DNA of 29,583 bases from Macrostomum lignano (Eukaryota), in assembly GCA_002269645.1 (NCBI GenBank), contig NIVC01004980.1, positions 1 to 29,583 on the forward strand, written 5' to 3'. Shown here in pieces: positions 28,347-29,583 of the stretch. Numbering within the stretch: the stretch's first letter is position 1; every line of letters begins with the position of its first letter. The notes below the pieces were generated by a model that saw nothing but the letters and a program-made list of their open reading frames with translations, was not told the DNA's origin and did no database searches. The position numbers were made by a program, and so were the translations under genes.

Positions 28347-28758
28347 TCCTTTGGTTGTTTTCTTCTTCTAAACTGAAGTGAACAGAAGCAAGATATAGCT
28401 AACAGCTCAAATTATTGAATTAGCTAAAATCTGCAAATAAATGCCGTGAAAGCAGATCCATCTTAAATCAGAACCCAGCAGTGCCTACACACTGCAATAT
28501 GCTTTGAAAAAAATTGAACATATATATAGGGACTGACTTTAATAACTTTTAGTGCGCTGTCTATAGTTATTTTAGGCGTAATTAAACCGTAATTAAAGTG
28601 CACTAGGTACAAGGTAAAGAAACGTATTTATGGCTTTGGACATGAACTCCAAATAAATACGCTGCCGTAGTCTATGGCCAGGGCCAAGTGAGAATATTTC
28701 TCATTTTATTTGAGAAGCCGAGCATTCAATTTAAAGACACGGCCAACCATACTTCAAC

Positions 28759-28947
28759 CAAGGACAACTTGATCCTGCACCCGCCTTCTGACTGCCTATT
28801 AAAAAGTCAAATATGATACAAGTATACATTGGCAACTGAAAGCATACGCATACGGATGGGTCATAGAACAATGCTTTTAAACGAGCCTCATACTTTTTTC
28901 GCCATGAATTGGCTCGTTTCCGGTCCTGAGTTATCAAGTTGTCCTTG
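28759..28947. mobile_element. hAT-type MITE, 189 bp, with perfect 15-bp TIR and 8-bp TSD
   Basis: CAAGGACAACTTGAT (28759-28773) and ATCAAGTTGTCCTTG (28933-28947); ACTTCAAC at 28751-28758 and 28948-28955. Confidence 0.8.
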
Positions 28948-29583
28948 ACTTCAACCCATGCTTCGACGATAGTCTATGGCCAAAAGCGTACATCGGGAGT
29001 GCATTGAATTCAAATACTGAATTCAGACTTTAATCTCAGGTCAGTAATGATTAGCGACGCAGAAAGCGAACAAGTGATGGAGTGAATAACATTTTTGTGA
29101 TGCACATAGCGAACAAGTCAAAAATGCAACTGTGAGTTGCGATTGTGACTAAAAACTATCAGACTACGTGTGCTTAATCAGATAGTTTCACGGGCCAAGC
29201 AGTGTGTGCAACGCAGACCATAGAGTATAGACTGTGTTTTGACTATAGAAGAAAGTACAAGTAGAACTGATTGTGATTGGCAGCCTTAAAATGAATGCTT
29301 GAATTCTTAAATAAACTATGCTATAATTAGTTGTACATAGTACTTTCAAAAACAAAAAATCTAACAAACACGAATTTGCTTACCTCGTAATGTCGTAACA
29401 CCACCGTTAACTTTCGTTTGATTTTCACTTGTGCTTCTAAGGCCTTAGGAGTTTGGACAAGTCTAAAGTTAAATCGCAACTGTCTAGCACACTGATAACC
29501 TTTTCTTGTCTTAATGTACACCAGAGTTTGAATGCGCAGTGAATTCCCCCAAAGCCAATAAAATCTATTACTGACTGTTTTTA

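Noticed and set aside
28731-29521. Short ORFs near the window end
   Set aside because: No motifs. They overlap a MITE and AT-rich upstream sequence.

Overview
Eukaryotic (metazoan) genomic DNA with GT-AG introns, GC-rich exons and AT-rich or minisatellite-filled introns. The style suggests a free-living flatworm such as Macrostomum; this is inference only. From left to right the window holds: (1) a 20-bp minisatellite; (2) a single-coding-exon Cys-loop anion-channel subunit on the minus strand with a divergent ligand site; (3) a Harbinger-type MITE and a decayed Ty3/gypsy pol fragment; (4) a complete cytoplasmic poly(A)-binding protein gene (+, 4 coding exons, about 692 aa) with an A-rich 5'UTR tract and several MITEs in its introns; (5) a convergent 13-exon minus-strand gene (28346 to 17847) that the ORF track shows only as fragments. 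I reassembled gene 5 by hand from splice sites and intron phases. It encodes signal peptide - F-type (fucose-binding) lectin domain - one Cys-rich Ig-like(?) module plus three atypical Ig-like domains - TM helix - cytoplasmic tail with ITIM (VVYAQV) and ITSM (TEYTEI). This Siglec/PD-1-like 'fucolectin-Ig inhibitory receptor' architecture is the best candidate for an undescribed system. Seven of its twelve introns carry a different tandem array. One junction (exon 5/6) is ambiguous. No database searches were run.
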